Shown here: positions 26,821-40,599 of the stretch, piece by piece
Numbering within the stretch: position 1 is the stretch's first letter
How the letters are laid out: each line of letters opens with the position of its first letter
Notes under the pieces: model-generated
What the model was told of the DNA's origin: nothing
What the model saw: only the letters and a program-made list of their open reading frames with translations
The model's database searches: none
Origin: Octopus bimaculoides
Taxonomy: Eukaryota
Assembly: GCF_001194135.2 (NCBI RefSeq)
Contig: NC_068991.1
Location: forward strand, 24,287,007 to 24,351,006
Length of the DNA: 64,000 bases
Direction: 5' to 3'
Program-made: the position numbers and the translations under genes

Positions 26821-28829
26821 AAAAGATTAATAAAATGAAGATTTTTTATAAAAGACAGAACACTTTTCGAATACGATTATGATGAATTAAGTTACAAGCA
26901 AAAACTATTAGCCACTGATCTGAGTTTAATATGATGTGCTATTTTACTGCTGCAGTTTTTTGTTGTTGTTTTTTTTGCTGTTTTTTTTTTTGCTGCTTTT
27001 TATAAAATAAGTGAGTACTATTGTTGTACAATATTTACACCACAGTAGTTTAAATTTAACATAATAATGCATATATAAAAGAGAAATGACCACAGAATCG
27101 GTTCCAATGTTGTGTTAATTAAAACAGTTTTTATGAAGAAAGTGTTGTCATTGAACCAACTCTTGCATGATAGATTAAGTTTTTCTTTTTAATAAATGCT
27201 AGCGGCCCTTTAAACGTTTTTTATAAATTCAGTATTCTGGTGTTAGGAGAGATAAATCTTTCCCTCTGTGTAGAAGAGGTAACTTCTGCTTAAATTCTGA
27301 AACATAATCCCCACAGCTAAGTCAACTGATACAGCCGCATAAAAACAATGTAGCATCTGCAGTAAATACGAAATCACATTCCACTATTTCCACCTGGTTA
27401 ACTATCATCTACGTTAGAATGCTGCTGGTTTTAAATTAACCGACACTCAGAGATAAATGTCAGGTTTGAACAGAGAGCATAGATCTGGTGGTTCCAAGAG
27501 GGATCAGCGAAATTACATGTCTGATGTAAGTAGAAATAGTCTCGATAAGGCCCATTCTTACTACTTTGAAGAGTGCAACTACTGTCTGCGTATCTTTGTG
27601 AGAAAATGCACATATTGCAACAGCCCACTATATATCTTAATAAGAAAACGGACACAAACAGACCATTCTGTTAATTTTCAGTTATTTCTTGTTAATAAGC
27701 GTTGCCTGAATTTTAACCGAAATTTAATTCCATCTAAATTTCTTCTTACTGAGACAAAATGTTGTCTCCCATCTATTCATTTCACTACATGACATAAAAA
27801 TATCAATATGAAGAAGTTTTCCTTGCGGTGAAAATTAACCTTATTTAGAAACCATAACTGCTTTATCAACCAGTATTTAAGTGTCCGAGCAATCGGTTGA
27901 TTTTTTTTTTTTTTTTTTTTTTTNNNNNNNNNNNNNNNNNNNNNNNNNNNNNNNNNNNNNNNNNNNNNNNNNNNNNNNNNNNNNNNNNNNNNNNNNNNNN
28001 NNNNNNNNNNNNNNNNNNNNNNNNNNNNNNNNNNNNNNNNNNNNNNNNNNNNNNNNNNNNNNNNNNNNNNNNNNNNNNNNNNNNNNNNNNNNNNNNNNNN
28101 NNNNNNNNNNNNNNNNNNNNNNNNNNNNNNNNNNNNNNNNNNNNNNNNNNNNNNNNNNNNNNNNNNNNNNNNNNNNNNNNNNNNNNNNNNNNNNNNNNNN
28201 NNNNNNNNNNNNNNNNNNNNNNNNNNNNNNNNNNNNNNNNNNNNNNNNNNNNNNNNNNNNNNNNNNNNNNNNNNNNNNNNNNNNNNNNNNNNNNNNNNNN
28301 NNNNNNNNNNNNNNNNNNNNNNNNNNNNNNNNNNNNNNNNNNNNNNNNNNNNNNNNNNNNNNNNNNNNNNNNNNNNNNNNNNNNNNNNNNNNNNNNNNNN
28401 NNNNNNNNNNNNNNNNNNNNNNNNNNNNNNNNNNNNNNNNNNNNNNNNNNNNNNNNNNNNNNNNNNNNNNNNNNNNNNNNNNNNNNNNNNNNNNNNNNNN
28501 NNNNNNNNNNNNNNNNNNNNNNNNNNNNNNNNNNNNNNNNNNNNNNNNNNNNNNNNNNNNNNNNNNNNNNNNNNNNNNNNNNNNNNNNNNNNNNNNNNNN
28601 NNNNNNNNNNNNNNNNNNNNNNNNNNNNNNNNNNNNNNNNNNNNNNNNNNNNNNNNNNNNNNNNNNNNNNNNNNNNNNNNNNNNNNNNNNNNNNNNNNNN
28701 NNNNNNNNNNNNNNNNNNNNNNNNNNNNNNNNNNNNATATATATGCACATATGTATGTATGTATATACGCGTATTTATACATACATAGACATATAAATAT
28801 ATTGTTTCTTCTTTTTTTCTTTTTTGCAG

Positions 28830-28961
28830 TTAATTGGACCGCAGTTTATTCTTGCAGTCAAGCCAACCATGAAAGATAAATGGACAATAGAAACTGAAGA
28901 AGCCTGGTCGGACTTTTTCAAGTATATAACTTCTATAATGAAAGAAGCAATGATATTTTGA
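28830..28961 (+). CDS. Globin terminal exon 3 (G/H helices): LIGPQFILAVKPTMKDKWTIETEEAWSDFFKYITSIMKEAMIF*
   Basis: tttttgcag acceptor ending 28829, phase 0, compatible with exon 2. 43 codons plus TGA (28959-28961). Typical globin H-helix motif W..E.EEAW. Not in the supplied ORF track. Confidence 0.93.
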   Translation, partial: LIGPQFILAVKPTMKDKWTIETEEAWSDFFKYITSIMKEAMIF

Positions 28962-29124
28962 AAATTAATGAAGCGGATCTTTTTGAATATTTTTTCATTC
29001 TTTTTTAATTATTGTATCATATTAACTGTATGTGTGTGTATGTACACAGCACACAACACAAGTCAAAATTAAATAGGAAAACATTAGTGTACTACAATAT
29101 ATGTATACTCTGCAGAATTCCCCA

Positions 29125-29215
29125 GAAAATAAATGATGGTGGGAGGAATACTGTTTACATAGTAACATGATAAAACACAAATAACTTAAATTTGTTACAA
29201 ACAAAATAAAAATTT
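29125..29215 (+). promoter_or_regulatory. Candidate polyadenylation signals of the globin gene
   Basis: AATAAA hexamers near 29128 and 29205, 170-250 nt after the stop. AT-rich context makes chance hits likely. Confidence 0.35.
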
Positions 29216-29999
29216 TATTAATCATGTGTGAATATAACGGTCACAAAAATCAAATTCCGGCGGTGGCATCTGCACCAACCATATTGGCCTTCCATGATAT
29301 AACAAGAAGCAATACATGCCAACGTAACTTCGTCCAGAAGATGAGACTGTAAAGGTCTGAAGATGCCGATAATGGATATAGTAATTTTATTGGTCTAAAT
29401 GATCACCAAGGAACTTATACGGAAATATTTTTAAAAACTTGATAAACAAGATAAAACAAGACCATACATGTTTTCAATACAACTTACGTACACACACATG
29501 TGTGTGTATTTTGTGTGTGTATGTATATATATATNNNNNNNNNNNNNNNNNNNNNNNNNNNNNNNNNNNNNNNNNNNNNNNNNNNNNNNNNNNNNNNNNN
29601 NNNNNNNNNNNNNNNNNNNNNNNNNNNNNNNNNNNNNNNNNNNNNNNNNNNNNNNNNNNNNNNNNNNNNNNNNNNNNNNNNNNNNNNNNNNNNNNNNNNN
29701 NNNNNNNNNNNTATATATATTATGGTGTTGCGATTGCTTTTTGTTGCTACTGTGAATTTCATGAATCCTCGCTAATCCTGAATTTCGTAATCTGCGAGAC
29801 TTTGCGCAACTCGAAGTAGCAATAGAGAATAATCTCAAGGCCATAATATATAATTACATTGTACTTCTGTATTGGTCACTTTTTCTTCTTGTTTGTAAAT
29901 TCAAATGTACGTACGTGTGTGTGTTTCTGTGATGCATGTATGTGTTTCTGTGGTGTATTGTGTGTCTCTATGGTGTTTATATATGCGTGGATGCATAAA

Positions 30000-30790
30000 T
30001 TTTCCGCCAGTTATAATTAGGAAGCTTGTTACCCACATTAGTACAGAAGTTCTGATGTGTCCTTAGACTAATAGCTTCCATAAAACAGTGCTCTATTATA
30101 ACAATGCCGCAGATATAAGCAACTTCAATGAGAAAGTAGCTTATATGGATAAGATCCTACCTACAGGAAGAGGAAGCTAATCTAGCTTAATCAGCCAGGC
30201 AATGTAGGTGTTCCCACAAACATAGCTACGAATTTCCTAGCTTTAACAAGACATTGTTTTCCACCCACGCACAACTAACGTAAGCTCTTCGACCACACAA
30301 CGTTCAGGTCATTTATTCCTGACTGAACAGATCAAATAGTATAAATGAAAATACACATCCATAGAACCCTATTCCAAACTCATACTTGTAACTATCGAAA
30401 TCCATCTACCTGTTTACTAAAGGGGTCCTGAGTCTCTAAAGTAATCCCATCCCGAGCAACTATAACAACAACCACATGACATTGAAAATAATATTTTCAA
30501 TACAAGTCTAACTGCAAATATTTTCAAAGGCTGTTCTTATCAATATCTCCATTCATTCAAATTAAGGAACAAAAAAATATCACATCTCTGTCGAGCTTAG
30601 ATGACCAGGAATTGGCTTGTTCTCCAGTAATACGAACTGTAGTTTAATCAGGCCGCTCCATACTTGAACATGTCACGGAACTTTAGGATTTGCCTAAGAG
30701 AAATGTTCCAGATTCTGAAGCAACCTGCAATATCTCCTCATTAGAGAAAAAATATTCTTCATTTGCAGCCACTTCAGTAGAGTTCTCCTG
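30000..30790 (+). mobile_element. Heavily decayed PLE (RT C-terminus, linker and GIY-YIG region)
   Basis: Frames give NVGVPTNIATNFLALTRHCFPPTH..KLF, TCNYRNPSTCLLKG, YLHSFK and APY..ICLREM..KQPA; homologous to 40600-42360. Confidence 0.7.
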
Positions 30791-30921
30791 GAAATTTTCC
30801 ATCCGTCCAAAGGATTAAGTCTATAAAGAATCGATTTAGCACGATCTAGCCAGCTTCGTAGTATCATTCTCTTTATAGATGTGAGTATATGTATGTATGT
30901 ATGTATGTATATATGTATGTA

Positions 30922-30954
<33 letters not shown>

Positions 30955-31764
30955 ATAAAAGCCAGTAAGTAGACCAGCTTCACGTGGCCATTTTCGCCTC
31001 AAATTTTTCGTCGTCTTTCCTCCTCTTTTTCCACTACATCCATATTTTTTCTGCTCTATCCATATTTTCTCTTATCCATCCATATTCCGAAAAAGGTCAA
31101 TATCCGAAAGATCATTATTAATTCTCTCATTTTCCCTGTGCAACAAAATTATCCTTTTGATTGTGAACTTATCCCATTTTGTTTTTTGTTTNNNNNNNNN
31201 NNNNNNNNNNNNNNNNNNNNNNNNNNNNNNNNNNNNNNNNNNNNNNNNNNNNNNNNNNNNNNNNNNNNNNNNNNNNNNNNNNNNNNNNNNNNNNNNNNNN
31301 NNNNNNNNNNNNNNNNNNNNNNNNNNNNNNNNNNNNNNNNNNNNNNNNNNNNNNNNNNNNNNNNNNNNNNNNNNNNNNNNNNNNNNNNNNNNNNNNNNNN
31401 NNNNNNNNNNNNNNNNNNNNNNNNNNNNNNNNNNNNNNNNNNNNNNNNNNNNNNNNNNNNNNNNNNNNNNNNNNNNNNNNNNNNNNNNNNNNNNNNNNNN
31501 NNNNNNNNNNNNNNNNNNNNNNNNNNNNNNNNNNNNNNNNNNNNNNNNNNNNNNNNNNNNNNNNNNNNNNNNNNNNNNNNNNNNNNNNNNNNNNNNNNNN
31601 NNNNNNNNNNNNNNNNNNNNNNNNNNNNNNNNNNNNNNNNNNNNNNNNNNNNNNNNNNNNNNNNNNNNNNNNNNNNNNNNNNNNNNNTATATATATAAGC
31701 ATACATGCATGTGTATGTAAATACACACATACACACACAGAGACACATGTACACGCACACACAT

Positions 31765-31990
31765 ACGGTGGGGGCTGAAAAATCTCTGGATTTGAGTAAA
31801 AGAAAATACATGGGGATCAGTTAATTATGATTTTACTCAACATATTTCCCTCTCAGATTCACACACATATTGCAGTGGTTCTTCAGTTTTTTTCTAAGCC
31901 CTGTAAAAGAACTCGGAAGTTTGGGCCTATAATCAGGCCTTTCGCAACACCCTTGAATCCAGGAACTTTTGAGTACACCTCCCACCTCGT
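31765..31990 (-). mobile_element. mariner terminal fragment
   Basis: ta-cggtgggggctgaaaaatctc resembles the mariner TIR (cgagggg..ctgaaaagt). No ORF. Confidence 0.5.
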
Positions 31991-32229
31991 ATATATGTAT
32001 TCATCCATTTATGTATATATAAAGTATATGTAATGCCACGCACATGAGTTTATGTGTGCATGTCTATAAATAAAATGCTCCATGTTGATATTTTTGTTGG
32101 TGAGTTTATGCTCGCAACTTATAAAAAACTTGAAACTTACGTAAGAAACGCTTGAATTAATTGCCCATTGAAATTTAATATAAGCATCGAAAAGCATACT
32201 TTGTTTTAAGTTCTTCTTGAATAATCTAC

Positions 32230-32440
32230 ATATCGTTAGCATGCTGGGGAAAATGCTTAGCGGTATTTCATCCGTCTTCACATTCTGAGTTCAAATTCTG
32301 CCGAGGTCGACTTTTACCATTCTTCTTTTTGAGATCCATAATGTACGTACCAGTCGAGCACTTGGGCCGAGCACTTGGGCCGAGCACTGTGGTCGATATA
32401 CCCCGCCCGAAATTATTGACCTTGTACCAAAATTTGAAAC
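32230..32440 (+). mobile_element. SINE family A
   Basis: cgttagcatgctgggg..aaatgcttagcggtatttcatccgtcttcacattctgagttcaaattctgccgaggtcgac; contains a 13-bp internal tandem duplication (cgagcacttgggc). Confidence 0.85.
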
Positions 32441-32442
32441 CA

Positions 32443-33000
<558 letters not shown>

Positions 33001-33066
33001 TAACTATAAAAGTGTTGTGTCGACGCCCTCAAGCGAAGAAGTAGGCTCGACCAAGACATATAAATA

Positions 33067-35370
33067 GAGGTAGTCTGACCGTGGTAGCGGTGGACTGACA
33101 GTCGACTGACGGTTGAATAACTGTTGAGTAGCAGACGAGTAGCGGTTGAATAGAGATCATCCGAAGGTGCTGAATTCAGATTTGTTTACGTCTGTTTATC
33201 GGCTGCTTTCTCATTCTCTTTCATTTGTGACCTCATTTTTTGCCCTCGTGGCTCCTAAGAAAATTCATAGTGAAAGTGCTAAGCGTCATGCTAACGCTGG
33301 AAGATAAACTGGCTATAAAATGCCATGGAAAAGGTGAAAAAGTGATAGCAGTTGCACGATCTTTTGGGATGAGTCGGATAACTATATCGACGATTGTACA
33401 TAATAAGGACAATATTTTAGTACATATCAAATCTGAAGTCCCAGAGATGAAGAACACTGTTATCGATAAGAAAAGAGGCAAGATCTTTGAAGAAATGGAA
33501 AGTCTTCTTTCTCTTTGGATTGTTGGGTTGAATCGTCAGGGTGCGACTATTAGTCAAGAAGTTATTCAAGAGAAAGCGTTGTCTTTCTTTGAGGACCTGA
33601 AGAAAAAATATCCAGATGAGAAAGATGTAGAGTTTAAGCCAAGTCATGGATGGTTCATGAGATTTAAGGAGCGAAGAAGTTATCGCTCCATAAAGAAGCA
33701 AGGTGAAAGTGCATCGGCTGACAAACAAGCAGCAACGGAATTTCCTAATGCATTAAAGAAAATCATCGAAGAAAACGGGTTTCTTCTCGAACAGATTTTT
33801 AACGTAGACGGAACTGGATTGTATTGGAAAGAATTACGAGACCGTTCATTCTTTTCCAAGGAAGAGAAAACTATTCCAGGCTACAAGGTCTCAAAAGAAC
33901 GTGTGACCATTATGTTGGGAGGTAATTGTGCAGGAGATTTTAAGTAAAAGCCATTGCTTGTGTATCATACACACAACTCCCGTGCCCTGAAGAACATACC
34001 CAAGGCAATACTCCCTGTTATTTGGATGGCAAATTCAAAAGCATGGGTTACTGTTGTTTTTGAAGATTGTTTTTTTCAGTCATTTTATCCCAGCAGCAGA
34101 GAAGTACTGTAAGGAGAAAGGGATTCCTTTTAAGGTTTTACTTATCTTAGATAATGCTCCTGGCCACCCGCAAAACACCGTAGATTTTGACCCCAACGTT
34201 ATTGTCATATACTTCCCTCCGAACACTACGTTTCTTCTGCAGCCAATGGATCAGGGAATGATAGCTATCTTCAAGTATTACTATATGAAGCATACGCTGC
34301 GGCAAGCAATAGCTACAACTGATCTTGATGAGTCCATCACATTTCGCGACTTTTGGAAGAGATACGATATCTACAAGGCAGTATAGAACATAGCAGCGGC
34401 ATGGAATGATGTACAGAGCACGGCAATGAATGGTGTATGAAAGAAGCCATGCCAGAAATTCGTGAATGATTTTAAGGGGTTTGATAATGTTGCCATCAAC
34501 AAAACGCTGGTGACTACGAATAAAGAACTGGAAATGGATTTGGAGGCGGAGGATTTCACAGATTTATTTGAAAAAGACAAACAGCCCCTGACGAACGAGG
34601 ATTTGATAGATCTTCACGAGCAGCAAAATAAAGAAGAGAAAGTCGAACCTGAGCCACGCCACTTTACCATTAAGAAAATGCAGCAAGCATTTGCATATAA
34701 CGAAAGAGGTCTTTCTATGTTCGAGGATATGGATCCAAATGCTCAACGCTTTTCCAAGATTATGGGGGTTTGTCACGAAGCTTTTGTTCCTTATAATGTA
34801 ATCCTTGAGGAAAAGAAGAAGACAGTTCAAGGAACTCTCAACCAGTTTTTTTTAAGCGCATCGAACAACAAGAACATCCAGAGTCAGCTGTTGGTACTGA
34901 CGATCCACAGCCATCTACATCCACGATGTAAACCACCAAATTGTATGTACGTATTGGTAAATTTAAAATTATTTTTTTTTTTTACTATTGCAAAATAATA
35001 ATAATTACTGAATTTGTTTTTTAAGCTTAAAAAAGGCTTTTATTTTACCATGTTTTATTGCAAACCGCATTCATAAATAAAGCGTCCATGATGTACGGTA
35101 AGCACTACCAAATTGTATTCGTAAATTTAGATTACGTAAATTTAGATTATTTGTAAGCTTAAAATAGGTTTTTATTAACCATGTATTATTGAAAATGCAT
35201 TCATAGATAAAGTACAGAACTGGGAATAGTTATTATCAGTTTAGGATAGAGACAAGTAAATTAGGTCTAGCCTAGCCTAGCCTAGAGACAAGTTAATTCG
35301 ACTTAAGTCGTTTTTCAACTTGAGTCGTGTCTACTGAAACCAATTAACGATGTAGGGTGAGGTATACCTG
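33067..35370 (+). mobile_element. Tigger/pogo DNA transposon (HTH_psq, CENP-B HTH and DDE_1 transposase, pseudogenised)
   Basis: LTLEDKLAI..SRITISTI; FKPSHGWFMRFKER; QIFNVDGTGLYWK; LILDNAPGHP; FPPNTT..LQPMDQGMI. Stops at 33945, about 34384 and 34438. Right TIR reverse complement CAGGTATACCTCAC ends at 35370, followed by TA. Confidence 0.92.
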
Positions 35371-36095
35371 TACTTAGGAATCAATGAACTAGATACGATA
35401 CAACACACACAAATGAAAGAGGAGATAATAAAAGAATACTACAGACGAGTTAGATTAATATTGAAAACAGAACTCAATACGAAAGACAAGATAATAGGTA
35501 TCAACACTCTAGCCGGCCCAGTTATAAGTTACAGCTACAATATTCTTAAGTGGATTTTAAATGAACTAATCAAAATAGACAGGAAAACAAAAAAATAATG
35601 AGAGGATTTAGAATGCACCACCCAAAATCTGACATAGAAAGGTTATATATACAACGTATCGAAGGTTGTAGAGGCCTTATAAAGTTAGAAAACTATTATA
35701 AAATAGTCACCATAGGACTATAGAAATACATACATCAGAAGCAAGGAAAACTAATACAAATAGCCACAAAACACGACCAAAACAAAAAAAAACTGTTTTC
35801 AATCTTTAAGGAAGCTGACAAATACAAAAAAGAAGTTATACTACCTAACAACTAGGAAGAAAAAGAAGAAACGACAAAAGCTGTAAAACAACTGAAAGCC
35901 AAACTAAAACTGGAACAGCAACGGATCATGATAAAACGATGGCAAGAAAAGCCTTTCGTGGCAAATACTGGATAATACTTAACAAAAAAGACAGACAATG
36001 GCTGAGAAGCCCAGGACGCAAAGCAGGGACTGAAGGATTTTTAATTCCCACCAGAAATTACCAAAGACATGTAAGGAAAAGAAATAGAACAACCA
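35371..36095 (+). mobile_element. R4/Dong-clade LINE fragment (post-RT region)
   Basis: YLGINE..MKEEIIKEYYRRVRLILKTELN.KDKIIGINTLA.PVISYS..IDRKTK..HHPKSDIERLY..RGL. Confidence 0.85.
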
Positions 36096-36250
36096 TGGAA
36101 GATGCCCCTCCTGATTTCTACTGTCCCTATGTTTTTCTGCTTTTCTGTTAAATATGTTGCTTTTAATGATCCTTTAACGAGTCTTTGATTACTGTGAACT
36201 TATTTTTCTATGTTTCTACCTCAATTCTCTATATGGATATATGCAGATAA

Positions 36251-36319
<69 letters not shown>

Positions 36320-36494
36320 GCCGGTCTATGGAGTTTTCCTAGGTTTCGAGGCCATAAAACGCTTAGCTTTACAGCGTTTCTTCAGACCCTAAAACCCGTT
36401 GGCCTACGGCCTCTCTAGCAAGTGGCTACTCAAGAAAATGGAGGAGGAAAAGACTTCGTTACTCAATACGGGATTGTCTCCCTTTGACCACTAT

Positions 36495-37000
36495 TAATTG
36501 ACATTCATCAACACAGCATCCTGCTGCTCACTTATCGTGTTCAAAATCTTGGTGAAGGGTGTCAGCAAGAGGATCACGAACCTTTCTTGTAGCCAAGAGA
36601 TTTTTTATGCAACAGCTCCCTACTATAACGAAGCACTAGCTGCTTGCAGATTTTGGAGCCACATCTCTTATATGCCGGGCCCTAACACCTGCAAAAGGAA
36701 CCGCCTCAAAAGTATCATTTGGTTTTCCGCCTCTTTCTCCCTCAATGTAAAAACGTGTATGGGTACGATATTCCTTAGGTTAGTAGATAAACACTTCACA
36801 CGTTCACATAGGTACGACACATTTTCAACAGGCACAACCTAAGGGTCCCTTAACTGCGCTTCCAATATTAAGAGCATTCTAGCCAACACCCGTAGGCTAC
36901 GAGCGGAGGCGGGATGTTAACGCAGGGACTACAACAGATGCCCAGTTGGAGGACATTTCTAAACCAAAGGAGTCGTCTATGAAGCTGAGGTGGTCGCCGA
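36495..37000 (+). mobile_element. PLE remnant (RT C-terminus, CxC linker, start of GIY-YIG)
   Basis: SKRITNLSCSQEIF..PYYNEAL..IIWFSASFSLNVKTCMG.IFL.LVDKHF..H, then RDYNRCPVGGH..TKGVVYEAEV. Confidence 0.8.
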
Positions 37001-37119
37001 CCCTAGTAGTAGCAGCAACAGCAGCAGCTTTCCTAACGACTACAACAGTAGCAGGACTGACAGTGCCAATAGCAATAGCAGAAACCCGAACAGAAATAGC
37101 AGCAGCACCATCGTCAACG

Positions 37120-37670
37120 GTTAGCACTGGATCGGAAGTACCAGATCTGTAGTGAACCGCGGATCTGTGGTGAGCACTGGATGTAACGTTATTACTTGTT
37201 TTATCTTGAGCGCTTGATCTGCGCTGATCTCTGGATCTATAAAAGATTGCCTCTTCAAGGCAATAAATCAGTGGTTAGTACTAGATCTGTAGTGAACACT
37301 GGATCTGTAGTTAACGCAGGAGCTTGGGTTAGCATTAGAACTGCGGTTAGTACGGATTTGTATCCTGCACTGATTCATGAGTTAACACTGGATTTGTAAT
37401 CGTCGCTGGATCTGTGGTTAGCATTGGATCTGTAGTTAACACTGAATTCGTAGTTAGTATTGGACCTGCGCTTAACACTAGCTCTGCAAAACACTGGATC
37501 TGTGGTTATCATTTGGTCTGTTGTTAGCACTGGATCTATGGTTAGTGAAACTCTGGGTCCACGATTGGCAATAGATTTCTGAAGCACTGGATCTGTACGG
37601 TCATTTTACATACACTGTATCTATAAAACACTGAGTGTGAATAGCACTGGATCTGTGATTAACACTGGGT
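37120..37670. repeat. Degenerate approximately 21-bp minisatellite (agcactggatctgtggttaac-like)
   Basis: Numerous (a/g)cactggatctgt cores spaced at about 21-nt multiples. Confidence 0.8.
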
Positions 37671-38430
37671 GTTATTGAAACTAATTTGTGGTTATCTCCC
37701 AGTGATTCAACCGACTACCTACATAATATAATTCTGAAAGATCACAGGGTTAACGAACCCACAACAACAACAACAATAACAACACGGTCGACACAACTGA
37801 CAAAGGAGAGTGTATGTAATCAACGGATGTGTAAAAAAAACTCCTCCGAAAAGCTTCTCTTTCACTGCAGGGCTTTATAATGAAAGCTGTATATTTTAAA
37901 CACCAGCTTCCTTCGCCACTATCACCACTGCCAGTACCTCATTAAAGACGATGCAAGCACAGGAAAAAAATATTGATAGAATGATTTTCCCGATCAGTGA
38001 CCTCTGTGAAGTAGAGATGCCAGATGAATTGTGTTGCTGAACATCAACAGTAGCATTGTATAATGAGAAACTTTCTTGTCTAGATTTTGCCGACGAATAT
38101 TTGTACAGAAAAATCTGCATACGCACGCACACGCACACACACACACACACACACATACACACACACACATTATCTATTATAAACTATATCTACTCATATA
38201 GACAATTACATGTACTCGAATATACATACGTATATACAGGCATATGTGTGTGTGCCTGTGTATGTGTGCATGTATGTACTTGCGTGTGTATGTGTGCGTG
38301 TGCGCGCGTACATGTACACATACATAGATTGATTGATAGATACATATTGGTATAGGTATATACGTGTATGTGTGTATGTGCATATTTATATGTATATACA
38401 CATTTATGTATATATTTTTCTTTCCTCTAT

Positions 38431-38464
<34 letters not shown>

Positions 38465-38669
38465 CATAAGCATATCCTTCCGGGCAATTCGATGCCTTTG
38501 TGTGTACGCGTATGCACACTTTCGTATTACACAACCCATCACATCTATATAAATATCATATATAGATGTGTACGTATATACGTGTATGTATGTATGTGTA
38601 TGTGTGTGTGCGTGCGTGCGTACATACATACATACATACATACATACATACATGCATACATACATACAC

Positions 38670-39080
38670 AGACAGACGAAGTTGAATATATTGAGACCGA
38701 TGGGTCAAAAGAATATTGGTGGAACTTAAAAATTAAGACAATCACCATGTTAAAACACAACCGGCCAGATATTGTTGTGTGGGACCATTAAGAAAAGATA
38801 TGTACTGTTGTGATAATCAGCTGCCCTCTAGACACCAATGTGGTAAGGAAAATACAAGAGAAAGGAGACATCTATGGACTGTTAATGAAGAGTTTGAAAA
38901 TCCAGTACCCAAGATACACTTTCATACTTATTATGGGAGCAACCGGATACATAACAACCAACCTTGAGCAAAGTATGGCTGAACTTGGAATTTGGGGTAG
39001 AGAATGCAAATCCTTAATTCATATGCTACAAATGATCATGATATCTGAGACTAAAATCTCTGCAAGACCGTCTTAAGATT
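38670..39080 (+). mobile_element. RLE (restriction-like endonuclease) domain fragment of an R4/Dong-type LINE
   Basis: WWN..I......HNRPDIVVWD..ISCPLDTNV..K.QEK.DIY.LL..IMGATG. Confidence 0.8.
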
Positions 39081-39224
39081 TCAATGATATTGATTAAATC
39101 AAGATACTTTCCCTCACAACCTTACTATCAATTTGGTGGCCGGTTAAAATTTACTCGAAATAAAAAAGAGAAACAGAACACATATATGCAAACACGCACA
39201 TATTTACATGTGTACTATATATAA

Positions 39225-39500
39225 CTAGCACTCCGTCGGTTACGACGACGAGGGTTCCAGTTGATCCGATCAACGGAGAAAACCTGCTTGTGAAATTAAC
39301 AAGCAAATTACTGAGCCATCTCGGGCAGACAAGGTTGGCGCTTTGAAATACAGGTTCGACTCATTTTTGCCAGATGAGTGAGCTGAAGCAACGTGAAATA
39401 AAATGTCTTGTTCAAGGACACAACGCACCTCCGGGGATCGAACACATAACCTTACAATCGTTAACCAAATACCCTAACCACTAAGCCACGCACCTTCACA
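39225..39500 (-). mobile_element. tRNA-headed SINE family B
   Basis: Minus strand tgaaggtgcgtggcttagtggttaggg..gttcgatccc..gtgtccttgaacaagaca. Confidence 0.8.
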
Positions 39501-40599
39501 ATATACATTTGCAATATTCGTATAAATATGTGAATGTATACATACACACATGTATATTTATGTGCGTGCGTGTGTCTGTGTGTGTGGCAGCATATTAGCT
39601 ATTCTTATGTATGCGTGTATGTATATATGTTATTCATAACTAAGATCCAAGCAGCCATATATAGGATGCTGTCACTCGTAATTTAAGACGCGTTTTTTTT
39701 AAGGAAAGATTGTACTTTTCAATCACGTTCATTTATTACATTGACAGTTTTATAATATATATGGCTTTTCTTTTTCTTTTGCGTTAAATATATACGTGTG
39801 TATAATTGAAAATTGTACAGAAAATAAGAAAGCCATTATTTGCGACACAGAATATTTCTGGGATAAAGATCTTGTATTGTCTTCTTTTCTTTTATTTTTT
39901 TTTTTTCCTTCGTGGGGGATGTAAGTGAAAATTATACCGCAAATAACAATCGAAATCATGAGGTAATTGCAGTATAAAGAATGGCAGAATTGCAGTATAA
40001 ACACTTCATATAAAAAATATCTATGATGGAAAATGATAATGTATGATAAATATACGTGAAATATATTGTCACTTGTACAGATGCGAATCGCGTCAAAAAG
40101 CACCGAATTTCTTTTATAAATGGAACAAATATACCAACGAAATAATTGAGATATGAACAACCGAAAGCAACAAGTGTTCTAAATATTGGATGCTGCAGCT
40201 GGAAATATATAAATAATAGAAGAAAAAATGCAGGAACTTCACAGATATTGGTTAAATGAAGTAATAAATACTAGATAAATGAAATTCCATGTTAAGATTC
40301 GTCTTATGAAAAACAGGGAATTTAAATTAAAAATTACAAAACGTTAGATTGTGAGAAGATATGTGTGTTATTAGAATGTGGGGAGAAGTATACATGAGGT
40401 GATATGAGGGGGAAGAGAAAGAAGGAGATATATATAAGTATACAAATATAAATATATAAATATCTATGCATATATATATCATATAAAGAAATACATAGAT
40501 TTCTGTATATGATATATATATTATATACATATTTGTATATAGTACATATACATAGATACATATATATATATATATATATATACATGCATATAGGTTCGG

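Noticed and set aside
27457-27792. 111-aa ORF with two CxxC motifs
   Set aside because: No recognisable domain, no splice context and AT-rich composition; likely a chance ORF.
31080-31125. CCGAAAA-A-GG..CC-GAAA-GAUC HHR-like string after the 30-kb PLE
   Set aside because: Multiple core changes and only 2-bp stems; not distinguishable from chance.
36325-36430. CUGAAGA..GAAAC with hairpins on the minus strand next to a PLE remnant
   Set aside because: Ten unpaired nucleotides separate stem II from GAAA and there is no U16.1/H17 site, so it cannot be folded as an HHR. At most a decayed pseudo-LTR.
37896-38168. Minus-strand ORF with a hydrophobic C-terminus
   Set aside because: It starts in a microsatellite, has no family motif and no partner exons.
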